A DNA stretch of 64,000 nucleotides from an uncultured Chloroflexia bacterium (lineage in GTDB: Bacteria > Chloroflexota > Limnocylindria > Limnocylindrales > CSP1-4), in assembly GCA_963831745.1 (NCBI GenBank), contig CAWHRD010000004.1, positions 46,005 to 110,004 of the forward strand, read 5' to 3'. Shown here one piece after another: positions 28,056 through 39,015 of this stretch. Both the position numbers and the translations under genes were made by a program. The notes beneath the pieces are model-generated. The model was given only the letters and a program-made list of their open reading frames with translations. It was not told the origin of the DNA and did not search any database. Within the stretch, counting starts at the first letter, position 1. Each line of letters begins with the position of its first letter.

Positions 28056-29639
28056 ATGTCCGGAGCGGTGGCCGAGGCGCAGGGCGCGCCCGGCACGAAG
28101 GGCCTCAAGACCGGGGCCCTGGGGTTTGTCTCCAACGTCGTGATCGGGGTCGCGTCGACGGCGCCCGCGTACAGCCTCGCGGTCTCCCTGGGGCTCGTCG
28201 CGGCCGCCGTCGGGCTCGCCTCGCCGGCGATCATGTGGGTGGCCTTCATCCCGATGTTCTGCATCGCGCTGGCCTACTACTACATGAACCGCGCCGACCC
28301 CGACTGTGGGACGAGCTTCACCTGGGTCACCCGGGCCATGGGGCCCAGGATCGGCTGGATGACCGGCTGGGCGATCATCGTCGCCGACATCGTCGTGATC
28401 GCGAGCCTGGCCGAGGTCGCCGCGCAGTACACCTTCAGCCTGTTCGGGATCGACCCGTTCGAGAACCCGGTCATCCCGCTGGCGATCGGCGAGACGACGA
28501 TCGATGCCGGCGTCATCGGCCTGGGCGTCCTGTTCGTCGCCGCGATGACCTGGATCTGCTACCGGGGCATCGAGCTGTCGGCGCGGACCCAGACGGTCCT
28601 CCTCTCGATCGAGCTGTTCATGCTCGGCCTCTTCTCCGTCGTCGCCCTCGCCAAGGTCTACGGCGGGAGCGTCGAGACGGCGGTGATGCCGACGCTCGAG
28701 TGGCTCAACCCGTTCTCGATCGTGACCGAGGACGGCGGCTGGGACTCGACCGCCTTCGCGGCCGGCCTGCTGATCACGCTCTTCATCTACTGGGGCTGGG
28801 ACACCACGGCCGCGGTGAACGAGGAGAGCGCGAACCCGACCGAGCAGCCGGGGCGGGCGACCGTCGCCTCGGTCTTCATCCTCGTCGGGACGTACGTCCT
28901 CGTCACGATCGCGGCCCAGTCGCTCCACGGGGCGCAGTACCTCGCCGACCAGGGCGAGGGCGACGTCCTCGCGGCGCTCGCGAACGAGGTCCTCGGCTCG
29001 CCGCTCGACAAGCTGATGATCATCGCCGTCCTGACGTCCGCCGCCGCATCGACCCAGACGACGATCCTGCCGACGGCGCGGACGGCGCTCTCCATGGGCG
29101 CCAAGGGAGCGCTGCCCTCGTTCTGGGCCAGGATGCACCCGCGCTTCCTGACGCCGACGAACGCGACGATCTGGATGGGGATCCTCTCGGTCGTCTGGTA
29201 TATCGGCCTGAAGCTGACGTCGGAGAACGTCTACTACGACGCGCTCACCGCGCTCGGCCTGATGATCGCGTTCTACTACGGGCTCACCGGCTACGCGTCG
29301 GTGATCTACTACCGGAAGGTGCTGTTCAGGAGCGCCAAGAACTTCGTCGGGATGGGCCTGGTCCCGCTCATCGGCGGCCTCATCCTCACCTGGGCGTTCG
29401 TCAAGTCGATCATCGATCTGGCCGATCCGCTGAGCTCCTACACCTGCACCGACCCAGCGGACCCGGCGACCTGTGCCCAGCTGTTCGGGATCGGCGTCCC
29501 CCTGGCGCTCTCGATCATCTTCCTGATGATCGGCCTCGTCCTCATGGTCCTGTGGTGGGCGCGCAACCCGTCGTTCTTCCGCTGGAAGCCGGAGGCCTTC
29601 GACCCCGAGCGTCCGCCGGCGGAATCGTTCTCCGGCTGA
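28056..29639 (+). CDS. APC-superfamily amino acid permease
   Basis: 527 aa with 12 predicted TM segments in an APC-like topology. RBS GGAGGGAGG before the ATG. Confidence 0.85.
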   Translation: MSGAVAEAQGAPGTKGLKTGALGFVSNVVIGVASTAPAYSLAVSLGLVAAAVGLASPAIMWVAFIPMFCIALAYYYMNRADPDCGTSFTWVTRAMGPRIGWMTGWAIIVADIVVIASLAEVAAQYTFSLFGIDPFENPVIPLAIGETTIDAGVIGLGVLFVAAMTWICYRGIELSARTQTVLLSIELFMLGLFSVVALAKVYGGSVETAVMPTLEWLNPFSIVTEDGGWDSTAFAAGLLITLFIYWGWDTTAAVNEESANPTEQPGRATVASVFILVGTYVLVTIAAQSLHGAQYLADQGEGDVLAALANEVLGSPLDKLMIIAVLTSAAASTQTTILPTARTALSMGAKGALPSFWARMHPRFLTPTNATIWMGILSVVWYIGLKLTSENVYYDALTALGLMIAFYYGLTGYASVIYYRKVLFRSAKNFVGMGLVPLIGGLILTWAFVKSIIDLADPLSSYTCTDPADPATCAQLFGIGVPLALSIIFLMIGLVLMVLWWARNPSFFRWKPEAFDPERPPAESFSG

Positions 29640-29648
29640 CGCCGGGCT

Positions 29649-29894
29649 TCACAGGCGACCGAAGAAGGTCGAGGAGCCCGGGGCGCTCTCGGCCACCGTC
29701 ACGTGGCCGAAGGCTGTCAGGGCGGGCGCGCCCGCGAGACGCTCGACGACCGGGCGCACGCGGGCGGCCGCGTCCCAGAGCGTCGGATAGGGTCCGGCGA
29801 GGAGCGAGACGCGGCCGGCGACGTCGGTCGCGACGAGGAAGAGGCCGCGGCTCGGGGTGCGGGGGCGGCGGTCGGGGCGGCGGTCGGGGCGGGC
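29649..29894 (-). CDS. Hypothetical protein (about 81 aa); weak call
   Basis: The ORF 29649..30005 has an internal ATG giving MARPDRRPDRRPRTPSRGLFLVATDVAGRV.... No recognisable family. Confidence 0.25.
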   Translation of the reverse strand, partial: ARPDRRPDRRPRTPSRGLFLVATDVAGRVSLLAGPYPTLWDAAARVRPVVERLAGAPALTAFGHVTVAESAPGSSTFFGRL

Positions 29895-30054
29895 CATCGG
29901 GGTCTCTCCGGGACGGGTGGTCGATGACCCGACGATGCGGCGCCGGGCGCGCCCCGCACCACCGACGGGGGTCCGCGCCACAGATGGACGAACGTCGACG
30001 TCCACGGCGGCCCGGCCGCCGGGCCGCCGCCGGCCCCGGCGGGGTCCCGGCGCG

Positions 30055-31017
30055 TCAGAGCCGCGCGAGGATCTCCCGGCGCTTGGCGTCGTACTCCGGG
30101 GGCGTCACGAGGCCGGCGGCCCGCAGCTCCTCCAGCTCCTCCAGGGCGGCCCGGACGCCTGTTGATCTGGGGCTGCGCTCGTCGGCCGTCGCGCCGGCGT
30201 CCCGGTGGGGCGGGGAAGGCTCGCCCATCCCCGGCCGGACGGGCTCCGCCGCGCCCGTGTCCGCCGGTCCGCCGCCCGCCTCGCCGAGCCCCAGCTCGGA
30301 CGCGTACGCCGCCGGCCCCGTCGCTGTCCAGCGGGCCTCGGCCGCGGCGGCGCCGAGGATCCCGATCCAGCGCGCCAGCGCCTGGTAGTGGTCGGGGCGC
30401 GCGGTCGGGGCGAGGAGCCCGTGCCGGTTGCCGAGGGAGAGCTGCCCGGCGGAACCCGGCGTCGAGAACGTCACGAGGAGGTCGCCGCCGGGCAGCGGCC
30501 GCCGCTCCAGGATTCGCCGGGAGCCGAGCGTCGCACCGGCCCACGCCTCGGCCGCCGGGATCCCCTTCAGGATGGGCGTCGCCGCGAGGACGCTGTCGAG
30601 CGGGACCGTGGCGATCGCCCGGCCCGACGGCCCGCCGCGCACGTCGAGGGACCCGTCGACGAGCAGGACGCTCGCCACGTCCAGCGTGGCCGGGCCGGCG
30701 GGCAGCACCGCTGTCGGGCCGTCCGCCGCCACCGACGCGCGATAGGTCACCGATCCCGCGACGATCCGGAACGCGGCGTCGATGTCGGCCAGCGGATCGA
30801 CCGAGCGCGAGCGCAGCGAGTAGCGCAGGACGACGAAATGGGCTGCCCGCCGCGTGGCCTCGTCGACGAGCAGCGCCCGGGCCCCCAGCGGTCCCGCGGC
30901 GATCGCCTCCTCGAAGCGGCCGCGGCGCTCGGTCCCGCACGCGGGGCAGCGCTCCAGGAAGAGGTGGACGTACCCGGAGCAGGTCGGGCAGAGGAGGTCG
31001 TCGACGACGAGCTGCAT
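30055..31017 (-). CDS. Hypothetical protein with an N-terminal Zn-ribbon (CPTC...CPAC) and a C-terminal SHOCT domain
   Basis: MQLVVDDLLCPTCSGYVHLFLERCPACGTE... and a C-terminus LEELEELRAAGLVTPPEYDAKRREILARL typical of SHOCT. Confidence 0.55.
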   Translation of the reverse strand: MQLVVDDLLCPTCSGYVHLFLERCPACGTERRGRFEEAIAAGPLGARALLVDEATRRAAHFVVLRYSLRSRSVDPLADIDAAFRIVAGSVTYRASVAADGPTAVLPAGPATLDVASVLLVDGSLDVRGGPSGRAIATVPLDSVLAATPILKGIPAAEAWAGATLGSRRILERRPLPGGDLLVTFSTPGSAGQLSLGNRHGLLAPTARPDHYQALARWIGILGAAAAEARWTATGPAAYASELGLGEAGGGPADTGAAEPVRPGMGEPSPPHRDAGATADERSPRSTGVRAALEELEELRAAGLVTPPEYDAKRREILARL

Positions 31018-31150
31018 CCGCAGAGGGTACGCCCCGCCGCGGCGCCCCAGGCCTCGACACCGCGGAGCAGGCCCCGCCGCGGCGCCCCACGCCTCGACGC
31101 CGTGCGGCATCCCCGACGCCGCGCTGCGCGCCCCGGTCGGCGGGGCCGCG

Positions 31151-32391
31151 TCAGCGGCGCGGGACCATGAACGTCGCGAGGAGCCCGCCAACGAGGCACG
31201 CGCCGACCCCGAGGACGACCGCCGCGGGCAGCGAGACCGACGCGATGGCCCCGGCCGCCGCCGCGCCGATCGGGAAGCCCACGAAGTTGACGGCCATCGA
31301 CACCGCGAAGGCCCGGCCCATCCAGGCCGGGTCGGTCCGCCGCTGGCGCACCGTGAAGAGGGCCACGTCGAGGGGGCCCTGCAGGAGCCCGAGCGCCAGC
31401 GAATGCGCGGCCAGGAAGGCGAGCCCCCCGGCGAGGCCGACCTCGATCCCGCCCGCGCCGACCGCCGGCAGGATGAGCGCCACGGCGCCCGCGCTCAGGA
31501 ACATCGGGACGACGATGAGCTTCCACTCGCGCCCACGCGTGTCGACCCGCCCGAAGAAGAAGGCGGAGGCCATGCCCGACAGCCCGGCGAGGGCGAAGAC
31601 GAGGCCGACGGCAGCCGGCCCGGCGCCGAGCACGTCGACGACGGCGAGCGGGATCACGATCGTCGTCATGCCCGCCGCGAGGTTCAGGACCGCGAGCGAG
31701 AACCCGAGGCCGCGGAGCGTCCGGTTGCGCCAGAAGTAGCGCAGGCCCTCCCAGGCGTCACCGAGGAGCCGGCCGGTCGTCGCCGTCTCGACGTGCGGCT
31801 CCGGCACCCGGATCATCACGGCGGCCGCCACGCCGAAGCCGACCGAGATGGCAAGCAGCGTGACCGGGCCGCCGACCGTGGCCACGAGCGCCGCCGCGAG
31901 CGGCGGCCCGATGATCGTGGCCACCACGTAGCCGTTCGAATCGACGGCGTTGACGCGCTCCCAGAGCGGCCGCGGCACGAGGACCGGGAAGAGGCTCCGC
32001 AGGCCGGAGTGGCTGAAGAGGCCGGTGATCGACGAGAGCAGGGCGATCAGCACGAGCAGCCAGGCCGGCAGCAGCCCGGCCAGGGCGAGCCCGCCGATGA
32101 GGGCCAGGGCGACAAGCGCCACCAGGTAGTCGAGGACGACGAGCCGCACGCGCCCGTGGCGATCCAGCAGCGCGCCGGCGATCGGGCTCACGAGGAGCCC
32201 GGGGAAGACGGTCGCGAAGGTGACCAGGCCCGCGAGGCCCGGCGAGTGGTACTCGGCCAGCGTGAACAGCACCAGCGCGATGCTGAGCATGGACTGCGCG
32301 GTCCGCGCCACCTGCATGGAGGCGAGGACGCGACCGAGCGTCGGGACGCGCAGGAGCGCCCGGTAGGAGCGGTCGGTCGTGAGCTCGATCA
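31151..32391 (-). CDS. MFS transporter
   Basis: About 12 hydrophobic helices with MFS-like loop motifs (ALLDRHGRVRL). Start uncertain (GTG 32391 proposed; ATG 32494 alternative). Confidence 0.7.
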
Positions 32392-32468
32392 CGGGGACGG
32401 ATGGTAGCCGCTGGCCGCGGCTCGCTCGCGGTCGACAGCGCGGGCCGGCCGGCGTACGGTTGGATGCG

Positions 32469-33806
32469 ATGGCCGGCCTGCATCCCCGACGCATCGGGTT
32501 CGTCTCGACCCGGTTCGCGGGGACCGACGGGGTCTCGCTCGAGGCAGCGAAGTGGGAGGCCGTCCTGGAGCGGCTCGGGCACACCTGCTTCTGGTTCGCG
32601 GGCGAGGTCGACCGCCCGGCCGAGCGCAGCCACGTCGTGCCGCAGGCGTTCTACCGGCACCCCGACGTCGAGGCGATCAACGCCGAGGTCTACGCGGCGA
32701 GCCGCGAGGTGACCGCTGCCGCCGACGCGGAGCACCCGCTGGTCCGCCGCCGCGAGTTCTTCTCGCCCTACGTGCGGCCGCCCCACGTGACTCGCCGGAT
32801 CGACGACCTCCGCGTCGAGCTCAAGGGCGCCCTGTACGACTTCCTGCGCACCTTCGACCTCGATCTGCTTGTCGTCGAAAACGCCCTCGCCATCCCGCTC
32901 AACCTGCCCCTGGGGCTGGCGCTCGCCGAGGTGATCGCCGAGACCGGAATCCCCGTCCTCGCGCACCACCACGACTTCGCCTGGGAGCGCCAGCGGTTCG
33001 CCGCGAACAGCGTCGCCGACCTGATTGCGGCCGCGTTCCCGCCGCCCCTGCCGTCCGTCCGGCACGTGGTCATCAACTCGGTCCAGGCACAGCAGCTCGC
33101 CTCGCGGACGGGGCTCGTGGCGCGCGTCATCCCCAACGTCATGGACTTCGACACGCCGCCTCCGGCACTCGACGACTGGGCTCGCGGCGCTCGGGCGGAC
33201 CTGGGCGTCGGGCCGCGAGAAGCGCTCATCCTGCAGCCGACGCGGATCGTGCAGCGCAAGGGGATCGAGCACGCCATCGAGCTGACCCGGCGCCTCGGGA
33301 TCCCGGCCACCCTTGTCATCTCCCACGCCAGCGGGGACGAAGGCGACGAGTACGAGCAGCGGGTGCACGAGTACGCGCGCCTCCTCGACGTCCACGTCCG
33401 GTTCGAGGCCGAGCAGGTGAACGCGACGCGTGGGATCACCCCCGACGGCCGGCGGCGCTACGTCCTCGCCGATGTCTACCCGCACGCCGACCTGGTGACC
33501 TACGGCTCGAGCATCGAGGGCTTCGGCAACGCGTTCCTCGAGGCCGTCTACTACCGGCGCCCCCTCGTCGTGAACCGCTACTCGATCTACGAGCTCGACA
33601 TCAAGCCGCGCGGCTTCCGCGTCGTCGAGTTCGACGGATACATCCGCGCAGCCACCGTCGACGACGCGCGCATGCTCATCGAGCGTTCCGACGTCGCGGC
33701 CGCCTGGGCGGAGACGAATTACGAGCTCGCCCGCCGCCATTTCTCGTACGCGGTGCTGGAGCGTCGCCTGGACGCCCTCCTGTACGAGTGCTTCGGCGAG
33801 GACTGA
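32469..33806 (+). CDS. Glycosyltransferase family 4 (GT-B, group 1)
   Basis: C-terminal GT1 domain with the EX7E region (SSIEGFGNAFLEAVYYRRPLVVNRYS). Divergent from the MFS gene. Confidence 0.75.
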   Translation: MAGLHPRRIGFVSTRFAGTDGVSLEAAKWEAVLERLGHTCFWFAGEVDRPAERSHVVPQAFYRHPDVEAINAEVYAASREVTAAADAEHPLVRRREFFSPYVRPPHVTRRIDDLRVELKGALYDFLRTFDLDLLVVENALAIPLNLPLGLALAEVIAETGIPVLAHHHDFAWERQRFAANSVADLIAAAFPPPLPSVRHVVINSVQAQQLASRTGLVARVIPNVMDFDTPPPALDDWARGARADLGVGPREALILQPTRIVQRKGIEHAIELTRRLGIPATLVISHASGDEGDEYEQRVHEYARLLDVHVRFEAEQVNATRGITPDGRRRYVLADVYPHADLVTYGSSIEGFGNAFLEAVYYRRPLVVNRYSIYELDIKPRGFRVVEFDGYIRAATVDDARMLIERSDVAAAWAETNYELARRHFSYAVLERRLDALLYECFGED

Positions 33807-33816
33807 TCGGAGGGCG

Positions 33817-35112
33817 ATGACGCAGGGCCTCTCGGTCGCACTGCTCCACTACACCGCGCCGCCCGTCGTCGGCGGCGTCGAGCAGGTGCTCGGCCAGCAC
33901 GCCCGGCTCCTTGCCGACGCCGGGCACGCGGTCAGGATCGTCGCCGGCCGCGGGGCGTCCCCGGATCCCCGGATCGCGTTCGTCCACGTCCCTCGGGCGG
34001 ACACCCGTGATCCCGACATCGTGCGCCTGCAGGCCGGCCTCGACGCGGGACACGTGCCCGCGGCGTTCGCGGGCGTCGTGGCCGGCCTCGTCGACGAGCT
34101 GGCGCGCGCGGCCGGGGATGTCGACGTCGTCATCGCCCACAACGTCGGCTCGCTGAACCGGAACCTGGCCCTCACGACCGCACTCCACCAGCTGCTCGAA
34201 CGCCCGTCCGCGCCGCGGGTGATCCTCTGGCAGCACGACCTGGCCTGGACCCTGCCGGCCTACCGACGCCGCCTCCATCCGGGTCGCCCCTGGGACCTGC
34301 TGCGCATGCCCTGGCCCGGGGCGACCCAGGTGACCATCTCCGAGGCTCGTCGCGCCGATCTCGCCAAGCTGATGGGGCTCGACCCCGCCGCGATCCACGT
34401 CGTGCCCAACGGCGTCGACTTGGCCGGGCTGCTCGGGCTCGCGCCCGCCACCATGGAGCTGGCGCGGCGGGTCGGGTTGCTGGCGTTCGATCCGCTCGTC
34501 GTCCTGCCGGTCCGGATCACCCCCCGAAAGAACGTGGAGCTTGCCCTCCGCGTGGTTGCCGCGATGCGCGCGGACGGGCGCCCCGCGGCGGGACTTGTGG
34601 TCACCGGTCCGATCGATCCGCACGAGCTTGGGGCATCGCGCTACTTCGACGGGCTCGTCGCCCTGCGGCGCGACCTGGGCCTCGCCGACGCCGCCCTCTT
34701 CCTGACCGAGGCGCTGGATGATCCCGCGGCCGAGGCGCTCGTCCGCGACCTGTACCGGCTCGCCGACCTGCTCCTCCTGCCGAGCCGGGACGAGGGCTTC
34801 GGGATCCCGATCCTCGAGGCGGCAGCGCATCGGCTGCCGATCATCTGCTCGGACCTGCGGGTCCTGCGCGACCTCGCCGGTGACGCGGCGCTCTACATCG
34901 CGCCGGACGCCGACCCGGCCCAGGTCGCCGCGCTGGCCCTCGCGCGTCTCGACGACGACCCCCTGGTCACCCTCGCGCGCCGCGTGCGAACCGAGTTCGC
35001 CTGGGAAGCCGTCTACCGCAGGGAGATCGCCCCGCTGCTCGCCGGCGACCGGACGCCCGTCAGGAGCGCTCGCCGCCGCCCTGGTCGCGGAGGAACTGCT
35101 CGATCTCGGTGA
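33817..35112 (+). CDS. Glycosyltransferase family 4 (GT-B, group 1)
   Basis: SRDEGFGIPILEAAAHRLPIICSD (EX7E-like). It starts 11 nt after the preceding GT4 gene, so probably forms an operon with it. Confidence 0.7.
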   Translation: MTQGLSVALLHYTAPPVVGGVEQVLGQHARLLADAGHAVRIVAGRGASPDPRIAFVHVPRADTRDPDIVRLQAGLDAGHVPAAFAGVVAGLVDELARAAGDVDVVIAHNVGSLNRNLALTTALHQLLERPSAPRVILWQHDLAWTLPAYRRRLHPGRPWDLLRMPWPGATQVTISEARRADLAKLMGLDPAAIHVVPNGVDLAGLLGLAPATMELARRVGLLAFDPLVVLPVRITPRKNVELALRVVAAMRADGRPAAGLVVTGPIDPHELGASRYFDGLVALRRDLGLADAALFLTEALDDPAAEALVRDLYRLADLLLLPSRDEGFGIPILEAAAHRLPIICSDLRVLRDLAGDAALYIAPDADPAQVAALALARLDDDPLVTLARRVRTEFAWEAVYRREIAPLLAGDRTPVRSARRRPGRGGTARSR

Positions 35113-35905
35113 TCAGGTCGTCGCCGGCCGGGCGCCGGGCCTCGTCGACCATCGCCTCCAGCCGCTCGACGTAGGTCCGCGTGTTGGCGTCGCCGGCGGT
35201 CGCGGCATCCAGGCGCGCCAGCATGCGGCGCGCCTCGTCCCGCAGCTCGCCCATGGCGATCTCGACGTCGAGGTGGCGGCCCACGAGGCCCAGCAGCTCG
35301 ACCGAGGCGGGCGGGTAGGCCCCGGTCACGTAGTGCGGGACCTGGGCGTAGTAGCCGACCGCCGGGACGCCGGCGCGGCTGACGGCAATGTCGAGCACGG
35401 AGATCGCCGCCGCCGGCACCCGGAGCACTCCCTCGGGGCCCGGGGCGACGTCGCCGCGCAGCAGCCCGGCCTGCGACTCGGTGCCCAGGACGGTCACCGG
35501 GCGCGTGTGGGGCACCGCGGCCGGGATGGCCCCCAGGCTGATCCACGTCGCCACGTCGAGGCCGCGGGCGAGGTCGATCACCGCCGATTCCAGCTCCCTC
35601 CAGCGGTAGTCCGGCTCGGGACCCGCGAGCACGAGCAGGTCGCGCTCGCCGAAGCGGGCGCGGCGCAACGTCAGCTCGGGCCACGTCAGGCGGTCCGGGC
35701 GGCCGTCGGCGATCTCGAGTGTGGGCCGGCGCGAGCGGTAGTCGTAGAGACGGTCCGTGTCGAAGGTCGCGATGGTCTCCGCGTCCTCCGCCAGGCGCGC
35801 GGCTGCGGCCGTCGCGGCGGAGCCGGCGTCGACCCAGCCGTCGAACGACGCGACCAGGAGGGGCGCGACGAGGTCGCCGGGATCGCGGAGGTCGACGAGG
35901 CTCAC
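35060..35905 (-). CDS. PAC2 (proteasome-assembly-chaperone-like) family protein
   Basis: 281 aa of typical actinobacterial PAC2 length and composition (LVASFDGWVDAGSAA...). It converges on the GT4 gene with a 53-nt 3' overlap. Confidence 0.7.
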   Translation of the reverse strand: MSLVDLRDPGDLVAPLLVASFDGWVDAGSAATAAAARLAEDAETIATFDTDRLYDYRSRRPTLEIADGRPDRLTWPELTLRRARFGERDLLVLAGPEPDYRWRELESAVIDLARGLDVATWISLGAIPAAVPHTRPVTVLGTESQAGLLRGDVAPGPEGVLRVPAAAISVLDIAVSRAGVPAVGYYAQVPHYVTGAYPPASVELLGLVGRHLDVEIAMGELRDEARRMLARLDAATAGDANTRTYVERLEAMVDEARRPAGDDLITEIEQFLRDQGGGERS

Positions 35906-35957
35906 GGCGCAAGGATACGGGTGGCCACCACCCGGCGTTCCCGATCGCCAGGCCTGC

Positions 35958-36824
35958 TCAGGGGGCGACGACCGCGAACACTTGGCGAGGGCCGTCGAGT
36001 CCCTTCAGGTGACGCTCGCCCCGGTCCTCGAAGGACAGGCCCGAGCCCGTCGCCAGCTGGCGCGTGACGCCCGACGCGAGGATCTCGCCGGCGGCCGCGG
36101 CCGCGACGAGCCGGGCGGCCTCGTGGACGGCGATGCCCCGCACCTTCGACCCGACGACGTCGACCTCGCCCGTGTGGATGCCGGCCCGCACCTCGAGCCC
36201 GAGCGAGCGAGCCGCGTCCAGGACGTCGATTGCAGCCCGGCAGGCGCGAGCGGCGCCGTCGAACGTGGCGAGAAACCCGTCGCCGGTCGTCTCCACCTCG
36301 CGACCCCGCTGGTTCGCGATGGCCCGGCGGACCGACTCGTTGTGGCGCGCCAGGAGGTCGCTCCAGGCATGCTCGCCGAGGCGCCGCGCGGTCGGCGTGG
36401 AGTCCGCGATGTCGGTGAACAGGATGGTCAGGAGGACCCGCTCGCCGACGCCGATCGGTGTCGCCCAGGTCCGGAGGCCCTCCCAGTCGAGGGCGATCGA
36501 CGGCTCGTTGCCGATCGTCCAGGCATCGTGGCCCGGCGGGATGTCGAAGACGTCGTTCGGCTGGAACTCCATCGTCGTGCCGTCATCGAGGAGGAGTCCC
36601 CAGCGGCCGGAGAGCTGGAACCCGACGTGGCGGGACATGCACCAGTCCGTGCCGACGAGTGGCTTCACGTGCGTCGACCAGCGCCAGCCCGGCTCGCACA
36701 CCTCGTACCCCACCGTCAGGTCGCCGACCCGTACGGACGTCATGTGCCCGTGGTCGAACTCGACGGTCTCGTCGGGTTGGAGCAGAATTCTTGCGGCGGA
36801 CCCCCGGCATCCCACCCCCCTCAT
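35958..36824 (-). CDS. Adenylate/guanylate cyclase (class III CHD) with an N-terminal accessory domain
   Basis: LTILFTDIADSTPTARRLGE...TGDGFLATF...GIHTGEV cyclase motifs. The start at ATG 36824 is uncertain. Confidence 0.65.
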   Translation of the reverse strand: MRGVGCRGSAARILLQPDETVEFDHGHMTSVRVGDLTVGYEVCEPGWRWSTHVKPLVGTDWCMSRHVGFQLSGRWGLLLDDGTTMEFQPNDVFDIPPGHDAWTIGNEPSIALDWEGLRTWATPIGVGERVLLTILFTDIADSTPTARRLGEHAWSDLLARHNESVRRAIANQRGREVETTGDGFLATFDGAARACRAAIDVLDAARSLGLEVRAGIHTGEVDVVGSKVRGIAVHEAARLVAAAAAGEILASGVTRQLATGSGLSFEDRGERHLKGLDGPRQVFAVVAP

Positions 36825-36988
36825 CGCCAGAAACGCACTCCGGCGGATCAGCCGCTGGTGCCGAGCACGCTGCCGCTCGACTCCAGCTGCCGCCGTTTCC
36901 GAACTATAGAGATCGCGGAGGGGCAGCGTCCTCGACGATGCGCGCTCGCGGCGTCGCCGGTGCCGGCCACCGCCAGCGACTCCCGGGC

Positions 36989-37723
36989 TCACCCGGATCG
37001 GCCGCCCAGCCCCCGTGCCGCGGGCTCGTCGGCGATGACCCGCAGCGCCGGGTGGCGGCGCAGGAACGAGGCCGGGCAGTCGGGCCCCTCGGGCGCCTCG
37101 AGGGCGCGGGCGAGGATCGCGGCCTTGCCCTCGCCGGTCACCAGCAGCCAGATCTCGCCGGCGGTGAGCAGGCGGGCGATGCCGAGCGTGATGCCGGCGG
37201 TCGGCGGCGGGTCGGCGTCGTAGCGCTCGACGGCTGCCCGGCGGGTCGCGGCGGCCGTCCGGACCACCCGCGTCGCGGCGTCGGCGAAGGAGCCGGGCTC
37301 GTTGAGGCCGACATGGCCGTTCGTCCCCAGGCCCAGGAGCGCGAGATCGATCCCGCCAGCCGCGACGGCCTCGTGGCGGGCCGCCGCGGTGTCGGGGTCC
37401 GGGTCGTCGGCGTCGATCCGGTGGAGTGCCGCCGGCGGCTCCGGCAGGCGGTCGAGGAGCTCGCGGCGGAGGCGCACGTCGCAGCGCGCCGGGTGCCCGG
37501 GGGGGAGGCCGAGGAACTCATCGAGGGCGATCACCTCGACCGTCGCGAACGAGACCGCGCCCACCGTGGCCAGCGCTGCAAGGCGCGCGTAGACGGGCGT
37601 CGGCGTGTCGCCCGTCGGCAGGCAGACGCGGAGCCCGGGCGCGGCGCGGATCCGCGCGGCGAGGTCGCCGGCGACCCGGTCGGCCCAGGCCGTCGGCGGC
37701 AGGACGTCGAGGCGCAGGCTCAT
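36989..37723 (-). CDS. Glucosamine-6-phosphate deaminase / 6-phosphogluconolactonase (NagB/Pgl) family protein
   Basis: [16 protein letters not shown] signature. The 4-nt overlap with the upstream oxidoreductase suggests an operon. Confidence 0.65.
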   Translation of the reverse strand: MSLRLDVLPPTAWADRVAGDLAARIRAAPGLRVCLPTGDTPTPVYARLAALATVGAVSFATVEVIALDEFLGLPPGHPARCDVRLRRELLDRLPEPPAALHRIDADDPDPDTAAARHEAVAAGGIDLALLGLGTNGHVGLNEPGSFADAATRVVRTAAATRRAAVERYDADPPPTAGITLGIARLLTAGEIWLLVTGEGKAAILARALEAPEGPDCPASFLRRHPALRVIADEPAARGLGGRSG

Positions 37724-38922
37724 CCCCCCGTGACGACTCGATCGGTGAAGTCACCCGTGGCGGGATCCTTGAGGATGAGCTTGTGGCGGCCGTCGGGCAG
37801 GATCTCGCGCTTGATGACGACCTGCCCCTCGTACTCCTCGGGCGTGGAGGTGATCCGCGGCGTGGTCCCTCCGCGCCATTCGAAGAGCTCGACCGGCTCC
37901 CAGCGGCCGCTCGTCGCCGAGCGATAGGCGGCGTCCATGATGGCGTTGACGACGTACCCGTCGTAGAACGTCTCCCGGGGCGCCCGGTCCTCCTCGAGCG
38001 CGTCGAACATGTCGGAGAACATGTCGACGTAGCCCAGCTCCGAGACCTCGTCCCCGACGGGGAAGAGCCAGCCGGCGCTCGTCTCGGCCTTCTCGGCCAC
38101 GTACCCGCCGCCGCCGCCCGCGGTGAACATCTCGAAGCCCGTGCGGAGGAAGTGGTTCATCCAGATGGTCCCGTGCGTGCCCGCCACCTCGTCGCGCAGG
38201 TCCATCCCGCCGCGGAACGTCCAGCTGACCTCGAACTGGCCGATGGCTCCCGACTCGAAGCGGATCAGGGCGATGGCGTTGTCCTCGTCGGCGATCGGGT
38301 GGACCAGGGTGTCGGTGTGGCACATCACCTCGACCGGCCGGTTGCCCTTCCCGACGAGGCTGCGGGCGATCTCGATGCAGTGGCAGCCGAGGTCGATGAT
38401 CGCGCCGCCGCCGGTGAGGCGCCCGTCCCAGAACCAGGCGGAGTGGGGGCCCGGGTGGGTCTCGCGCGAGCGCACCCAGGTGACGTCGCCGATCGCCCCG
38501 GACTGCACCGCCCTGACGGCCTTGAGCGTCTTGGGCGTGTAGCACAGGTCCTCGAGGTAGCCGGCGAAGACGCCGGCCTTCTCGACCGCCTCGAGCATCC
38601 GCCGCGCCTCGGCGGCGGTTCGCCCCAGGGGCTTCGTGCACAGGACCGCCTTGCCCGCCCGCGCGACGGCGCTCACCACCTCCTCGTGGAGGTGATTCGG
38701 GAGGGCCACCACGACGACGTCCGTGTCCGGATGAGCGATCGCGGCGGCGAGGTCGGAGGTTGACTCGGGGATGGACCAGCGCTCGCGGAACGCCGCGCCG
38801 CGCTCGGCGGAGCGGGAGTAGGCGACGCGAACCCGGTCGCGGCCGCGCTGGCCGTGGAGGGTCATCGTGTAGAAGTCGCCGATGAGCCCGGTGCCCAGCA
38901 TCGTGATCGAGTGCGCCTTCAT
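37720..38922 (-). CDS. Gfo/Idh/MocA family NAD(P)-dependent oxidoreductase
   Basis: N-terminal Rossmann fold ([11 protein letters not shown]) and an EDLCYTPK-type C-terminal alpha/beta domain. Confidence 0.8.
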   Translation of the reverse strand: MKAHSITMLGTGLIGDFYTMTLHGQRGRDRVRVAYSRSAERGAAFRERWSIPESTSDLAAAIAHPDTDVVVVALPNHLHEEVVSAVARAGKAVLCTKPLGRTAAEARRMLEAVEKAGVFAGYLEDLCYTPKTLKAVRAVQSGAIGDVTWVRSRETHPGPHSAWFWDGRLTGGGAIIDLGCHCIEIARSLVGKGNRPVEVMCHTDTLVHPIADEDNAIALIRFESGAIGQFEVSWTFRGGMDLRDEVAGTHGTIWMNHFLRTGFEMFTAGGGGGYVAEKAETSAGWLFPVGDEVSELGYVDMFSDMFDALEEDRAPRETFYDGYVVNAIMDAAYRSATSGRWEPVELFEWRGGTTPRITSTPEEYEGQVVIKREILPDGRHKLILKDPATGDFTDRVVTGG

Positions 38923-39015
38923 CGTCGTCCGGCTCCTGTGCAGGCGGGGCAGCGCCGGGGGGTGCGTGGCGGGACCCGCGCGGTCGCGTCGTCACGGCGA
39001 TTGTATGGACCGCGA

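Noticed and set aside
26516-31191. 582-aa, 475-aa, 717-aa, 457-aa and 378-aa overlapping ORFs across the deacetylase, permease and SHOCT region
   Set aside because: Compositional artefacts. The 378-aa frame contains the real SHOCT protein only from ATG 31017.
31758-34830. 660-aa and 384-aa minus-strand ORFs opposite the two GT4 genes; a 422-aa plus ORF
   Set aside because: Arg/Pro/Gly-rich off-frame translations of the GT4 coding regions.
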